Below are positions 12,325 through 24,180 of a stretch of 64,000 nt of DNA, one piece after another. The stretch spans positions 2,914,001 to 2,978,000 of the forward strand of contig JBHGNT010000012.1 of the NCBI GenBank assembly GCA_043228905.1. The letters run 5' to 3'. The position numbers were made by a program, and so were the translations under genes. Within the stretch, counting starts at the first letter, position 1; the number at the start of each line of letters is the position of its first letter. The notes below the pieces were generated by a model, which was not told where the DNA came from, made no database searches, and worked only from the letters and a program-made list of their open reading frames with translations. The stretch is from Azolla caroliniana (taxonomy: Eukaryota > Plantae > Polypodiophyta).

Positions 12325-12393
12325 GGCCGGGTTTCTTTGGTATCTACCCGTCTTTGGCGCATACTGGTGGATGCGCGGTTTGGTGGGGGTGGA

Positions 12394-12991
12394 TGTCGTG
12401 AAGAAAACCGGCCATAGGCGGAATCGGAGAGAAAGAGCATAAACCGGCTCTTACACGGATGGACGCGTGACTTGATATTTTGTACATGGATCGGTGGATG
12501 TAAATACTAAGCAACACACATTTATTAGGGGATTGTGCATATCTCTGTCAGGGGGGGGGGGGGGGGGACAGGGAATAAAGCGAATTGACAGGAGGATGGG
12601 GATAAAAAGGAGAGGAGAGACGGGAGAAAGGGTATCGCGCACTAGGGAGGACGAAGTGCTGCTGCAGATCTGAGTGCCGAGCTCTCTCTTCTCCTCCGGT
12701 CGTCGGTCTCTATGGGTCGGGAGTTCGTCGCCTCTGCTTCGTGGACAACCCGTGCGCTTCCAGTAGAGGCTCTCCCCCTTTGTTTTGTTTCTAGGAGTCG
12801 AGCGTGTGTTGTTTGTGTGTGTGAGTAGGATCCCCGTGTTGGGTCCATCGCCGCCTTGTCGGTTGTAATTGTCAGAGTCGTATTCTCTTGTTCTTGTATT
12901 CTCTTGTTATTGTAATCTCTTGTTATTGTAATCTCTTGTTACTGAAATCAAGTGATACGTTCCATATCACGCCTTCTCGCTCCCCGTATCT

Positions 12992-13053
<62 letters not shown>

Positions 13054-13084
13054 CCTCTCCACGCACACGCGTAACAACGCGACA
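12394..13084 (+). repeat. 3' LTR of gypsy A
   Basis: Follows the PPT. Ends ...CGCGACA (inverted match to TGTCGTG) followed by TCGT; an alternative end at 13067 gives no TSD. Confidence 0.85.
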
Positions 13085-13962
13085 TCGTGCTCCTTGCCCG
13101 GTTCGATTCTACACACATCAACTCATCTACTCATAAGGCCCATCTCAACTGCTTTGTTGTTGTGACTCTGTCACGTCTTGATGCGTCGGTTCCTCCATGT
13201 CAGTGTCGACTTCCGTTGCCTCCTTGTCCGTTTGACCTTCAGTTGATCCGGCTCCTCCGAATCAAACACCTCTTCCGAATCGGGTGCCTTCGATTCATTC
13301 TAGATCTTGTTTGAATTGGTTGTCTCCAATTCTTCCTCAATCTTCAGGACCTTTACCACATCAAACCATGTCCAGGTCCTGGCCTTCTTCCTCTGATCGG
13401 CTCCGTCCTTCTTGACTCTACCGTCGTCGATGCTTGTTCTGACTTTATCGAATGTGCTGACATCTTCAATCGACTCGGCTTTCTTTTTCTTCTTCTTGTC
13501 TCCCCCTATTTCTCTGTCTCTTTGTTTGATGCCATTACTTGTTTTCCCAGTTCCCGTTCTAGTTTCCTCCTTTCTCCCCCTCAAGTGCGACATGTCGAGA
13601 TGCTAAAGACCAAGCATCACCGAAAAATGTTGCAACTTGTCTAGGGCAAGAGGTTGGGTGAAGATATTGACAGTCTGTCGATCCATCAGAACATACACAA
13701 GTTTGACTTCACTAGAGAGGACATGCTCACAGACAAAATGGTAGTGCACCTCAATGTGCTTGCTCCGGGCATGAAGAACGGGGTTCTTCGCCAGTTGGAT
13801 GCTACTGAGGTTGTCGCGGTAGATCGTTGTCGGATCGGACACCTCCAACTGCAAATCCTTTAGAAGCCTCTTGAGCCATATGGCTTCGCATGTCGCGACA
13901 ACCGCTCCTCGGTACTCGGCCTCGGTGCTTGACAGTGCCATCGTCGGTTACTTCTTACTGCT
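13085..13962 (-). pseudogene. Copia E RNase H C-terminal part plus charged 3' extension
   Basis: SKK*PTMALSSTEAEYRG...DNLSSIQLAKNPVLHARSKHIEVHYHFV (ORF 13603..13941); same frame continues as 13300..13593. Confidence 0.88.
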
Positions 13963-14531
13963 CTAGGCACCCGGAAGGAGTTAACCATGTGGGTAGCTTC
14001 AGGGTGTCCTATTAGGTAATCAAATGTGCTTTCCCATCCTCCATGTGGGAAACATGTGAGCTCTTCCGAGCCCAGCCACTTGGCTAACCCATTATATATG
14101 ATCATTTGGTGTCGACCTCCAAGTTCAAGCAGATGATGGCCAAAGCTTGTAGCGTCCGCACCTTGATCTTTTGATGTACGTGTTATGCCTACGGCTAAAG
14201 GGTCAACATTCACCATTTCTAGGTTTTTATCCATATGAAATATTGTGCATTGTCGAGATTGGGTTCTTGCATTGAAATGTCCTACGAGGAAGACTTCCCC
14301 TTGAGAATAATATTGGATTATGTCATCCGGTAAAGGTTCGTATGGCGAAGGCCCATGGGGCGCTTCGTCATCAACTATACTCGCCTCTCCCGCCATATTA
14401 TACCGAGATCCTTTCGGGGGGGAGTAACAAACGGTGATAAATATTGCTTGATCCTTGCAAGTGAGGACTTTCACCTACATAAAACGGGCTTCTGGAATTG
14501 TCTTTAGTATTTCTATCCTATTATGTGTCTC
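13963..14531 (-). pseudogene. APE-type endonuclease (C-terminal part) of an RTEX/L2-like LINE
   Basis: VCYSPP, VFLVGHFNART, MIIYNG, TCF, STFDYLI (ORF 13860..14474); joins 38078+ across TSD GTCTC. Confidence 0.85.
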
Positions 14532-15101
14532 TTTTAAGCGTTGGGATAACAACACCACCAGTCACGAATAAGAACGCATCAACAAGGACGTAGTACGAAG
14601 AGGAAACGGCAAGAGGAAAGGAAAGCAAAGAGACGGTCAAATGTGAAAGGCCCATACCCTAAACGTGAAAGCTATATATAAACCACATAGTAGTGGATTT
14701 GTGAGGGTTCTCCCATTTGTAAAGATCTCCTATTGATTAGAGCTAGAGCTTCCTCTCCTCCTTCTTGTAACCTTTGAGCTTAAGAGAGATTAGTGAAGTG
14801 TTGAGTTAGAGAACACTAATCTCTCTCCTTGTTGGTGCTAGACCGCTTAGCAAAGAGGGTTAATAATAGACATACTCTTTCTTCTTATTGTCTATATCTA
14901 TTAATCTATTGTCTATGAGAGAGAGCTTGAGAGAGTGAGAGAGATATCGTGCTTAATCATTTACTAATCGTTGAGAGAGTGTGAGGCTCAAAGGTATCCG
15001 ACAACCATCTCCGCCCGATTCACCATCAAGAGGGTATACGACGGTCCGAATCCCGCTACGACATCGAGGAGCTTACTCCATCGATACATAGATCCTTAAC
15101 A
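14532..15101 (+). repeat. 5' LTR of gypsy B
   Basis: Matches 37510-38077 with roughly 19 substitutions and one 2-bp indel (count by eye); starts TTTTAAG (TG mutated) and ends CTTAACA. Confidence 0.93.
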
Positions 15102-15107
15102 TCTATT

Positions 15108-15125
15108 TGACGTCGCTGCCGGGGA
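15108..15125 (+). promoter_or_regulatory. PBS of gypsy B (tRNA-Asp type, Athila-like)
   Basis: TGACGTCGCTGCCGGGGA versus the Athila-type TGGCGCCGTTGCCGGGGA (3 mismatches), 6 nt after the LTR. Confidence 0.75.
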
Positions 15126-15209
15126 TATGACCGACGCTTGAAGCCCATTTTCGAGTAGTCAAAAACTCGGAGTCAAACCACTCAACGAAGGAAGAAATCG
15201 AAAGAGAAC

Positions 15210-15352
15210 CACCATTTTCTGTTTTTTCATCATTTCATAGTTTAATTAAGTTCCATTTTCTGTTTTTTTCATCATTTCATAGTTTAATTAAGTTCCATTT
15301 TTTGTTTTTTCATCATTTCATAGTTTAATTAAGTTCCATTTTCTGTTTTTTT
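15210..15352. repeat. ~40-bp AT-rich tandem repeat (~3.5 copies) in the leader of B
   Basis: ccattttctgttttttcatcatttcatagtttaattaagtt repeated. Confidence 0.85.
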
Positions 15353-15429
15353 TACGATCACTCCACGGGTCATGAAGCGACCGTTGGCGCCAAAAAGTTT
15401 GAATTTCCCACGCAAAGCTCGTCGAAGAT

Positions 15430-15668
15430 TCAACCTTCGATGTGACGAAGGTTCACCCTGCGACGAACATTCATCCTTAGACGAACGTTCACCCTTCGAC
15501 GAAGCTTCACCCTTCGACGAAGATTCGTCCTTCGACAAAGGTTCGTCCTTCGACGAAGGTTCACCCTTCGACGAACATTCATCCTGCGACGAACATTCAC
15601 CCTTCGACGAATGTTCACCTTGCGACGAATCTTCATCCTTCGACGAAGATTCACCCTTCGACGAACTT
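15430..15668. repeat. 18-bp minisatellite (~13 copies) in the leader of B
   Basis: Unit ttcgacgaaggttcaccc with variants; produces the FDEGSP-type repeat ORFs. Confidence 0.9.
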
Positions 15669-15691
15669 ATAAAAAAGCTTGACTAGAAAAC

Positions 15692-18144
15692 ATGGTCGGA
15701 TCCTCATGGACAGAAATGTTCAAAACCCGACCCGCACGCCTGGAAGAGTCCACGCAAACCGACCAAACCCACGATGTTGGCCGGCCTAACCCGACTCAGT
15801 ACCACGGAGGGTGGCTAACTCCGGGGATACTACCAAACATGAACCTCCCATCGATCCCAGGAACTAAAGCACTTCTCAACACACCCCCACTACAGGAGAG
15901 CCCAATGGTAGACCCACTCAGTGTAGAACAACATATACGAGACACAACGCAAGAGTTACAAGTGATAGAACACGAAATCAATCTATGGACGGTACAACTT
16001 GCGAAAGGAGGACAAACGGAAAGCACCACTCGAGATATCGAAGTTGCTTTGGCAGAAAGGAAGGATAGATTTGCACGAGTGCAACAAAAACTTCACCGTC
16101 TAGAAACATCGTCGCACATACACCGCCCCATACCGCGTTCGAGCACAACGGGCGATAGCCCGAACGAAACCCACGCACAACGACACCCGACACCACCACG
16201 CATGAGCACAATCCCTACACCTGACCAAGCTACCCCTACACCTCCAAACGCCAAACTCGCACTAGCGCTACAATCCATACAAACTCTCGTAGCATTGATG
16301 GAAAAAGAGCGAGCACCCATAGACCATCCGAGAAACCTCACAAATGACAGTGGGAAGAGTGCTTCCATTTCGGCGATGCCTATGACCATGTCGAGAGGTT
16401 CAAACAGATTTGCCGCACTTATGAACCCCTCACAGAGATCACCAAGGTAGCCGCATTTGGACTCACACTTGACGACCAAGCCGGAATCTGGTTTCGAACC
16501 TTGAATGAAGACATTGTCGCCGATTTCGAGTATGTCATTGAGGATTTCTTGATAAACTTCGCTCGTAGAGGGAATAAATGGAACCCGATTGACCAACTTT
16601 TCGCCCTCAAACAAGAAGCGAACGAAATGGTCAGGGACTACATACGTCGCACGAAAAGCCTGCATCATCGTTGTAGTCCGAACGACAAGATGTCGGAGAC
16701 AAGTTGATGAGCCGTTTCATTAATGGGTTGTTTGATACGACACTCCAAAATTTCCTGATTGCCCAGATGTGTCAATCATTTGCTGAAGCCTGCACAGTAG
16801 TGATGACCTTTGAAGATTCGATGAGTGGATTACACATACCCACTCACGCACCCACGAACAACTGCGAGAAATCCTCCGACCCCACCCTTGCCCTACCCAC
16901 ACCACCGCGAACACCCCGTATAGAAAGACCCCAAGCATACGCCCAACGAGAAAATGTAAGGTGCACGGTATGTCACGGACACCACACGGGACATGAGTGT
17001 CCCCTCCTCCATCAACGACGACCGCAATACTGTAAGTGGTGCAAAGCTTTCGTAATGCATACGCAAGAGAACTGCTGGCAAGCCCCCACCGAAAGGTACG
17101 GCCAAACGCCAATGGTGGAACACCCACGCTCCCCCCGACTACTTAGCCGTCCACCACTACCAGCGATACTCCCTCAACAACCCCCACTACCGCGCATCGG
17201 TGCCCACCTCGCTGAACTGGAGTATACCACAGATAACCAAACCCAGGTCGGAACGAGCACCCCCGAATATGAAGACCCGTACAAGGAGTATGACATTGAA
17301 GAAGAGGTGTTGTCCCATTTCGTGGATTTTGAAGGCGACCAAATACCAGTGTACGTCCTGAGAGGGGAACAACGTGGACCCCCTATGGGATACCGCAACA
17401 ACAATGGTCTAAGGAGGTTAGAATTGAAATGCTTCAACTGCCAAGGCCCGCATATGGTTAGCGAGGGCCCAACGCCCAACCAAACATGAGTACTACAACC
17501 GGATGGCCAAACGACCACGACACCTCCCACTCGACACGCCTCCGCAACCACTAGTGCAAGGGCCCACCCAACAGTCGCAAGACCTCATCGAATGGTTCCA
17601 AAGAGAAGCATCATGCCCAGGGTGCGGTAAAGAACACCTAGTACTTGATTGCCCGGAAAAGAAGAAAAGGGTCGGCACAAATCTGTTGTCCATTGTACCA
17701 TCCACGATCGGTGCCAATGTCATCACACGAGCCCAACGAGTAGCGCACAATTTAAAATACCAAGATCAAGGTCTCCCCGTGACCGCGCGTAAGAGACGCA
17801 AATCTAGAAAGAATAATTCCACGCAGACCTCAAAACAAGATCAAGAACCGGAGGGAGACACAGAAACAGTACCCGTCAATCCGAATCAAGAACTACCGGC
17901 GCACCTAGCGGCATACCCAAACCTAGTAGCTGAGAAACAAAAAGTAGAAGAATAAATCAAACTCATACACCACGAACAGTTTGAAAAATCACCTAGCCTC
18001 CCTAGCTTAAACTTCGAGCAACTAGAAGAATGGGTAAACCCCTCACCTCCCCCCGTCATCACACCAACCGACACGCCCGTTTGCCATTCTACCTCGATCA
18101 AAGAGGTCAACACAACTCTACTCCAACAAATCTTAAATTTAAGA
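15692..18144 (+). pseudogene. gag of gypsy B (frameshifted, with stops)
   Basis: Retrotransposon gag core AFGLTLDDQAGIWF...LKQEANEMVRDYIRR...RFINGL, plus several CxxC...H...C knuckles. Confidence 0.8.
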
Positions 18145-21100
18145 TTGCGACTCGCATTACGCGAAGTGCAGAGCTACATTGGCACCTTCACCACTGACAA
18201 CCCCCTGCTACGACCTCTACTCGCCGAAGAAATAGAGTTCACGCTCGAAGAACTACTCAAACTCGACGTTCAACCGTGGCACGACGTCCTCCGACACCTC
18301 AATGGTGGCCTATCGGCGGGATATGGTGAAGGGATACACACCCACACTCCTCACACGTCCACAGTCCTCAAACAACCCGAAGGACCGCCAGTCGATGTCC
18401 ACGAAGCCCACTTCGAGAGCGACGACACTAGTTTCACTCTACCAGTTTGTGTCAATGGTAAGACGTGTGACGCCATCATTGACACCGGAGCAGGGGTAAG
18501 TATCGTCAATTACGAATGTTGGCGTAAGTGGGGGAGCCCAAAAATGATGTCTTCCGATGTCAAACTACGAATGGCAGACGGGTCCATCCAAAGACCGGAA
18601 GGCATGATTCCTGCGCATCACTTCACTATCCACGGAGTGGAGTTCAATCTCACCTTCGTCGTCACAAGATCGTCCAACCATGTAGCCTACGAGTGCTTAC
18701 TAGGAAGACCATTCCTACTTATAAGCCGCCTAGTCATGGATTTTGGGAACGATATAATCTATATGCGAAAGGACAACAAAACCTTTCGCATCAAAGCGTA
18801 CACACAAAAAGTGCATGAACAAGAAGGCAGCCCTCTCGTAGACGATTGGTCAGAAACCACTGAGTTCGAGACCAACCTCCTAACGTGCAACCCCACGAAG
18901 ACAGTTCAACTCTTGACCATAGGCCAACACTTTCCTCAAAGCCCCACCACTTCCAAAGAGGAGAACACACGTGAGAGAGACGACCAATCCGTCACCTCCG
19001 AGACGTCAGAAATGAATTGGGTGCACGCTCTCGCCACAACCGACGCAATGTACCCTATAGGTACAAAGTGTTGTGACGAGAACGGAGAGACAATCTCATG
19101 CTTCAACGTCACCACCCTAGGTCCCCGGCGAAAAGACGTAAACGTAGAGGATGAAGAACTGGTACAACGAGTCACACGTCCAGGTGACGTCGCGACCACT
19201 CAAGAGGCTATGACAGAAGCGGACTTCCTAGAGCATTTCAAACTCTATGAACAAGGGAGTAGGGCAGTGGCTTGTAAAAGACCGCAACGCAACCCCCAAG
19301 GCCTAGGAGAAGTCTATGATGGACCAGCAAGGGTGAAAGAAATCAACCTTGGGAAAGGGGCAGACTCCAAATCGGTGTTCATAGCTACAGATCTCCAACC
19401 GGACGAGCAGGCGTCCTTGATCACTCTCCTCACGGAATTTAGCGACGTGTTTGCATGTTCGTACGTCGACATGAAGGGAGTCCCAGCTGAGGTCGTCACA
19501 CATAGTATCCCCATGCGAGCCGATGCCCGCCCAATCCGGCAAAGGCTACGTCCAATGAATCCTAACTACGCCCAACAAGTTAAAGCAGAAATCAACAAAA
19601 TGTTAGCTGCAGGCATTATCTACCCAATCGAACGAACTACTTGGGTCTCCTCAATTGTGGTCGTCCCAAAGAAAAACGACCAGATCCGCATATGTGTAGA
19701 CTACCGCCAAGTTAACGAAGCCACTATCAAGGACAATTACCCGGTACCCTACATCGAACATTTACTCGAAAGAACCGCGGGAGCAGAAGCGTATAGCTTC
19801 ATCAACGGGTTCTCCGGGTACATGGTCCCTAAGGATCAACACAAGACAACTTTCGCCATGGAATTTGGTACGTTCGCGTATAAACAGATGCCTTTCGGAC
19901 TCACAAGCGCCTTGAGCACCTACCAAAGAGTGGCGGACCATATCTTTGCCGCAAGGTTACGACAAGGGATGGAGTCTTATGTTGACGACTTATGTCGCAA
20001 TTCGAAATGGCATGACCACTTGGGGTTACTCCGTTTGACATTCGAAAAATGCAGAACCTATCAACTCTCTCTCAACCCGCTCAAGTGTCAGTTCTGGGTC
20101 AAGCAGGGAATAATATTAGGACACGTCGTGTCCCGCCACGGGATCTCGACCGATGAGGCAAAAGTAAAACTCATCCTCGACATGCCACCCCCCACGAACG
20201 AGAAACAACTACAAGGGTTCATGGGATACGTGGGTTACTATAGACGCTTCATTAAGATGTTCGCGGACAAGGCTAGACCACTCTACTCCCTATTAAAGCA
20301 GTTCGTGTGGATAGAGGAATGCACACACTCCTTCAAGCTCTTGAAAGAGTGCCTAACTAAGGCCCCCATCCTCCGGCCTCCCGACTGGACCAAAGAATTC
20401 CACGTGCACACCGACGCTTACGCCTTCGTGATTGGTGTAGTGCTAGCCCAACCCGGTGAAGGGGCACTTGACCTACCGGTCACCTTCGCTAGTCGCCAAC
20501 TAAATGCCGCAAAACGAAATTACTCCACGACGGAACGGGAGGCTTTGGCCATGGTCTACAACGTAAAGAAATTCCGCCACTACCTCTTGGCATCCCGGTT
20601 CTCGTTTTTTGTAGACCATCAGGCCCTACTCTACTTAGTAAACAAAACTCACGCCACTGGACGCATCTCACGATGGATCGTAACGTTACTCGAATTCGAC
20701 TTCAAGGTAGTAATGAGGAAAGGGAAAGACCATGTACTCACCGATCATTTCTCCCAGATTCCCAACAGAGAAGAAGCCACTGGGGTCGATGATGAAACAC
20801 CAGATGCAACATTATTCGCGATCGATACCGTACCAGCATGGGCATCAGACATAGTTCGCGTCCTAACCGAAGGAGCGTCCTTCCTAAAACAACTACCACG
20901 AACACACGCGTGTGCCTTGCTAAAGAAATGTGGCCCCTTCACGATGCTCCGAGGCAATCTGTACCGTCGGGGTAACGACGATCTACTTCGGAGGTGTATA
21001 ACAGACCATGATGTCGTCACCACCCTCGAACAAGCTCATTGCGGGAGCGGAAGTGGTCATTTCAATCACGAGACCACTGCGCAAGATCCTTTAGTCCGGC

Positions 21101-22080
21101 CTATGGTGGCCAACACTCTTCAAAGACACATACGCGTACGTACATCGTTGTGACGAGTGCCAACGTTTCAAACACCCGCTAAAAGCAGATTTTAATACGT
21201 TAAACTTGGTGGTGGCATGGCAACGATTCGAGAAATGGGGTATTGACTTTATCGGCCCAATCAGCCCAGCTTCCAACCTCAACCGATACATAATAACCGC
21301 CACCGACTACGCCACCAAGTGGGTTGAAGCGAAAGCTTGCGTTAACACCAATGCGCGTAGTACTACCAAATTCCTATATGAAAATGTCATCGTACGGTTT
21401 GGATGTCCGCTCGAAATCATTAGTGACCAACGCTCACATTTCCTAAACGAGGTGATAGCACATTTATTAGGCGAGTTTATGGTGACACACCGCAAAAGTT
21501 CTCCTTATTACCCTCGATGCAACGGACAAGCGGAAAGCACGAATAAGGTGTTATGTGCAATACTCACAAAGATAGTTGTTGCCTCCCGATCTGATTGGAG
21601 CACCAAACTCCAAGCAGCATTATGGGCTTTCCGTACTTCCTACAAAGTCGCAACTCGCCACACACCATTCAAACTGGTGTACAGGCAAGAAGCAGTATTA
21701 CCCATCGAGTTCCTTGTACCCAGCCTCAGGATCACCGTACAAGAACGATGGGAAGGGGAGCCCCTCCCGTCACGCCTACAGAACCTAGAACGACTGACAG
21801 AAACTCGCCTTCTCGCATTCCAGGCACTCTAGGCAGAGAAAGCCAATAGAAAGGTGTGGCACGACAATAAAGTCAAGAACAAAGACCTCGCGGAAGGCGA
21901 CATGGCCCTCAAATTCTCCTCTCAACGACACAAGAAGAAGTTGAAGTTACGGGGCGAAGGCCCGTATGTGGTTTCGGAGGTTACCAAGACAGGAGCATGT
22001 CTCCTACGCACGATCGAAGGTTTTGACATCCCCGGGTTCATTAATGGGAGCAAGCTCAAACGTTACTATGGACCCCTCAC
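18145..22080 (+). pseudogene. pol (protease-RT-RNase H-integrase) of gypsy B
   Basis: AIIDTGAG/LLGRPFL; RICVDYR, MPFGL, YVDD; HTDA, NYSTTEREAL, VDHQAL; WGIDFIGP, TDYATKWVEA, NGQAESTNK, EGPY. Frameshift near 21085. Confidence 0.93.
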
Positions 22081-22239
22081 ACTCCAAGCTCTACTCACGG
22101 CTCAGCAACGAGAGGTAGAGGCCAAACTTAAAGCCTCTGAAGGCCGAATGGCCCGGCTCGAAACCGACCTGCGCAATACGCAAGAGAAATTGAAGCGACA
22201 AGGACACGCCCATCCGACAACCATGGCTCGGGCGGCCAA

Positions 22240-22545
22240 CTCTAATGATGGAACAATACAACTACAATGTTGTGTCGACAACATGCCTTTGACGGCGGTA
22301 ATCGACACATGAGCATCGCTAACCCTTTTCTCCTTCGAAACATGGAGACGTTTAGGTTGCCCCAACTTCGAAGTGTGCAACGACAACTTCTGTGGCTTCG
22401 ATGGGTCCACGTCATGTTGCCTGGGAACTTTCGGGTGTAACATCAAGACAGAATACAACGCGCACTTAATCCAAGTTCGGGTACTCCCACCCGGAGTGAT
22501 GCACACACAATGCCTCCTCGGTTTAGATTAGTGTCGCATAAGTGA
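22240..22545 (+). pseudogene. Second retropepsin-like aspartic protease domain, in frame after integrase
   Basis: Reading through stops: AVIDT*ASLTLFSFETWRRLG...CGFDGS...CLLGLD*C. The stops fall at the G of DTG (GGA>TGA) and at the W of LLGxDW (TGG>TAG). Confidence 0.8.
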
Positions 22546-22689
22546 ATGTCTCAATACCCAGCAAACACATCATCTCTTTTCAAACAGGAGGTGGACTGAA
22601 GTCTGAGGACCTCCTCGCAACAACACTTGAATCACATCTCGTTGTCCTCGCTAACCCCCAAAGCGTGGAGCTACCCAAACAAGCAACAC

Positions 22690-23225
22690 ACCGACACCCA
22701 CCGGCCGCCCATGGCCAACGTGACACTAACAATAGAACACAGACACCCAAACCACGAGAATGGGTGAACGCCCACACAGTTTTCGCTGAAGGCCCACGCT
22801 ATGGAGAACGTGCGGTGTGGCGAGTCAGAAAAATACTCACAACCGCACAAGGTTGGCACAATGGCGCCACTAACTTCTGGGTCCCAAAACGAAGCCGACT
22901 CCCCAGTCGCGATCATACCACGCCTGCAGGGGACATCGATGAACCCCAAGGCGCGGAGTCGCTCAACCAAACCGAACGCCAACACCCATTGGCCACCCAA
23001 GACCAGCGCGACGTTAACGTCAGAACACAGGCACCCAAACCACGGGAATGGGTGAATGTTCACGCTGTTTTTGCGGACGGACAACGTTGTGGAGAATCCG
23101 CCATTTGGTGAGTCAAAAAGACACTCACAACAGCACAAGGTTGGTACAAAGGCGCCACTAGCTTCTAGGTCCCGAAACGAAGCCGACTCCCCAGTCGCGA
23201 TCATACCACGCCTGCAAGGGACACC
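22690..23225 (+). repeat. 288-bp (96-aa) tandem duplication in the pol C-terminal extension
   Basis: agaacacag(a/g)cacccaaaccacg at 22734 and 23022; repeated PKPREWVN...TTAQGW..GAT.FWVPK. Confidence 0.85.
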
Positions 23226-23599
23226 CACAAAGCACACACATCAGCCCGGTATCCCGCCCAGGCTAAAGCCACAGGAATCAACAAGCCTAAACAACTGAGA
23301 GACCAAACACCCCGTAGAAAGGTTTCACAAATCCTCCCCACCCCCTTAACAAACATGCCGCAAGTTTGGATCCTTAAAAGTCACGGACCCGGAACGTCAC
23401 ACGATACCCGAGTGACACTCCCTCCACAGTCGCATCCTCAAGGTTCCTCAAAAGCCCTTAATTTACCCAATCCCCTACCACGTTCCCCGTAGACCCCCGT
23501 TCAGACCCCCGTCACCATCGGTATCCGAATCTTCCCCATCGATTCCTCCCTACCCTCCCGACCTCACATCCCCGTCGGTTGTCCCTCGTTGTCGTGGTT

Positions 23600-24180
23600 T
23601 ATGTTCTATTAATTGTATTATTTTTTATTTTTTATTTTTTATTTTTTATTTTTTATTTTTTATTTTCTATTATTTTTTTTGTTATTTATTTTATTTTTTT
23701 TAATTTATTTTTTTTATTATTTTTTATTATTTTTTTAAATTAATTTTTTTATTTTTTTTATTTTTTTATTTTTTTTTATTCTTTTTTATTTATTTCATTT
23801 TATTTTTTATGATCTTTACCATTATTTTATTGATTTACTTTATTTGTAATGACTATTATTTTCAGTATCCGTTTCTTTCTTTTTTATTTTTATAATTTTT
23901 ATTATTATTTTCTATACCGATTATTATTATCCTTATTTTATTTTATTTTATTTTATTTTATTTTATTTTATTTTATTTTATTTTATTTTATTTTATTTTA
24001 TTTTATTTTATTTTATTTTATTTTATTTTATTTTATTTTTTGTTATGTATTTTTTTATTTTTTTATTTTTATTTCGTTTTTTGAGTGGTTTTTTTTATCT
24101 TTCTTTTTCCTTTTTCCTTTTTCTTTTTTTTCGTTTTCCTTCTTCTTCTTCTTCTTCTTCTTTTTTCTCCTTCTTCTTTG
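23600..24180. repeat. T-rich low-complexity tract including (TTTTA)n and (TTC)n
   Basis: Directly visible. Confidence 0.95.

Larger units (their letters stand above)
4647..13084 (+). mobile_element. Ty3/gypsy LTR retrotransposon A, fungal-type (Ylt1-like), full length but decayed
   Basis: LTRs 4647-~5330 and 12394-13084 start TGTCGTGAAG; PBS; PPT GGTGGGGGTGGA before 12394; gag-PR-RT-RH-INT order; probable 4-bp TSD TTGT/TCGT. Confidence 0.92.

Noticed and set aside
13860-14474. Endonuclease-RNase H fusion gene
   Set aside because: Deletion junction between a LINE and a Copia in different frames.
15329-15686. Repetitive ORFs (FDEGSP, RRVNLR)
   Set aside because: Translations of the 18-bp minisatellite, open on both strands.
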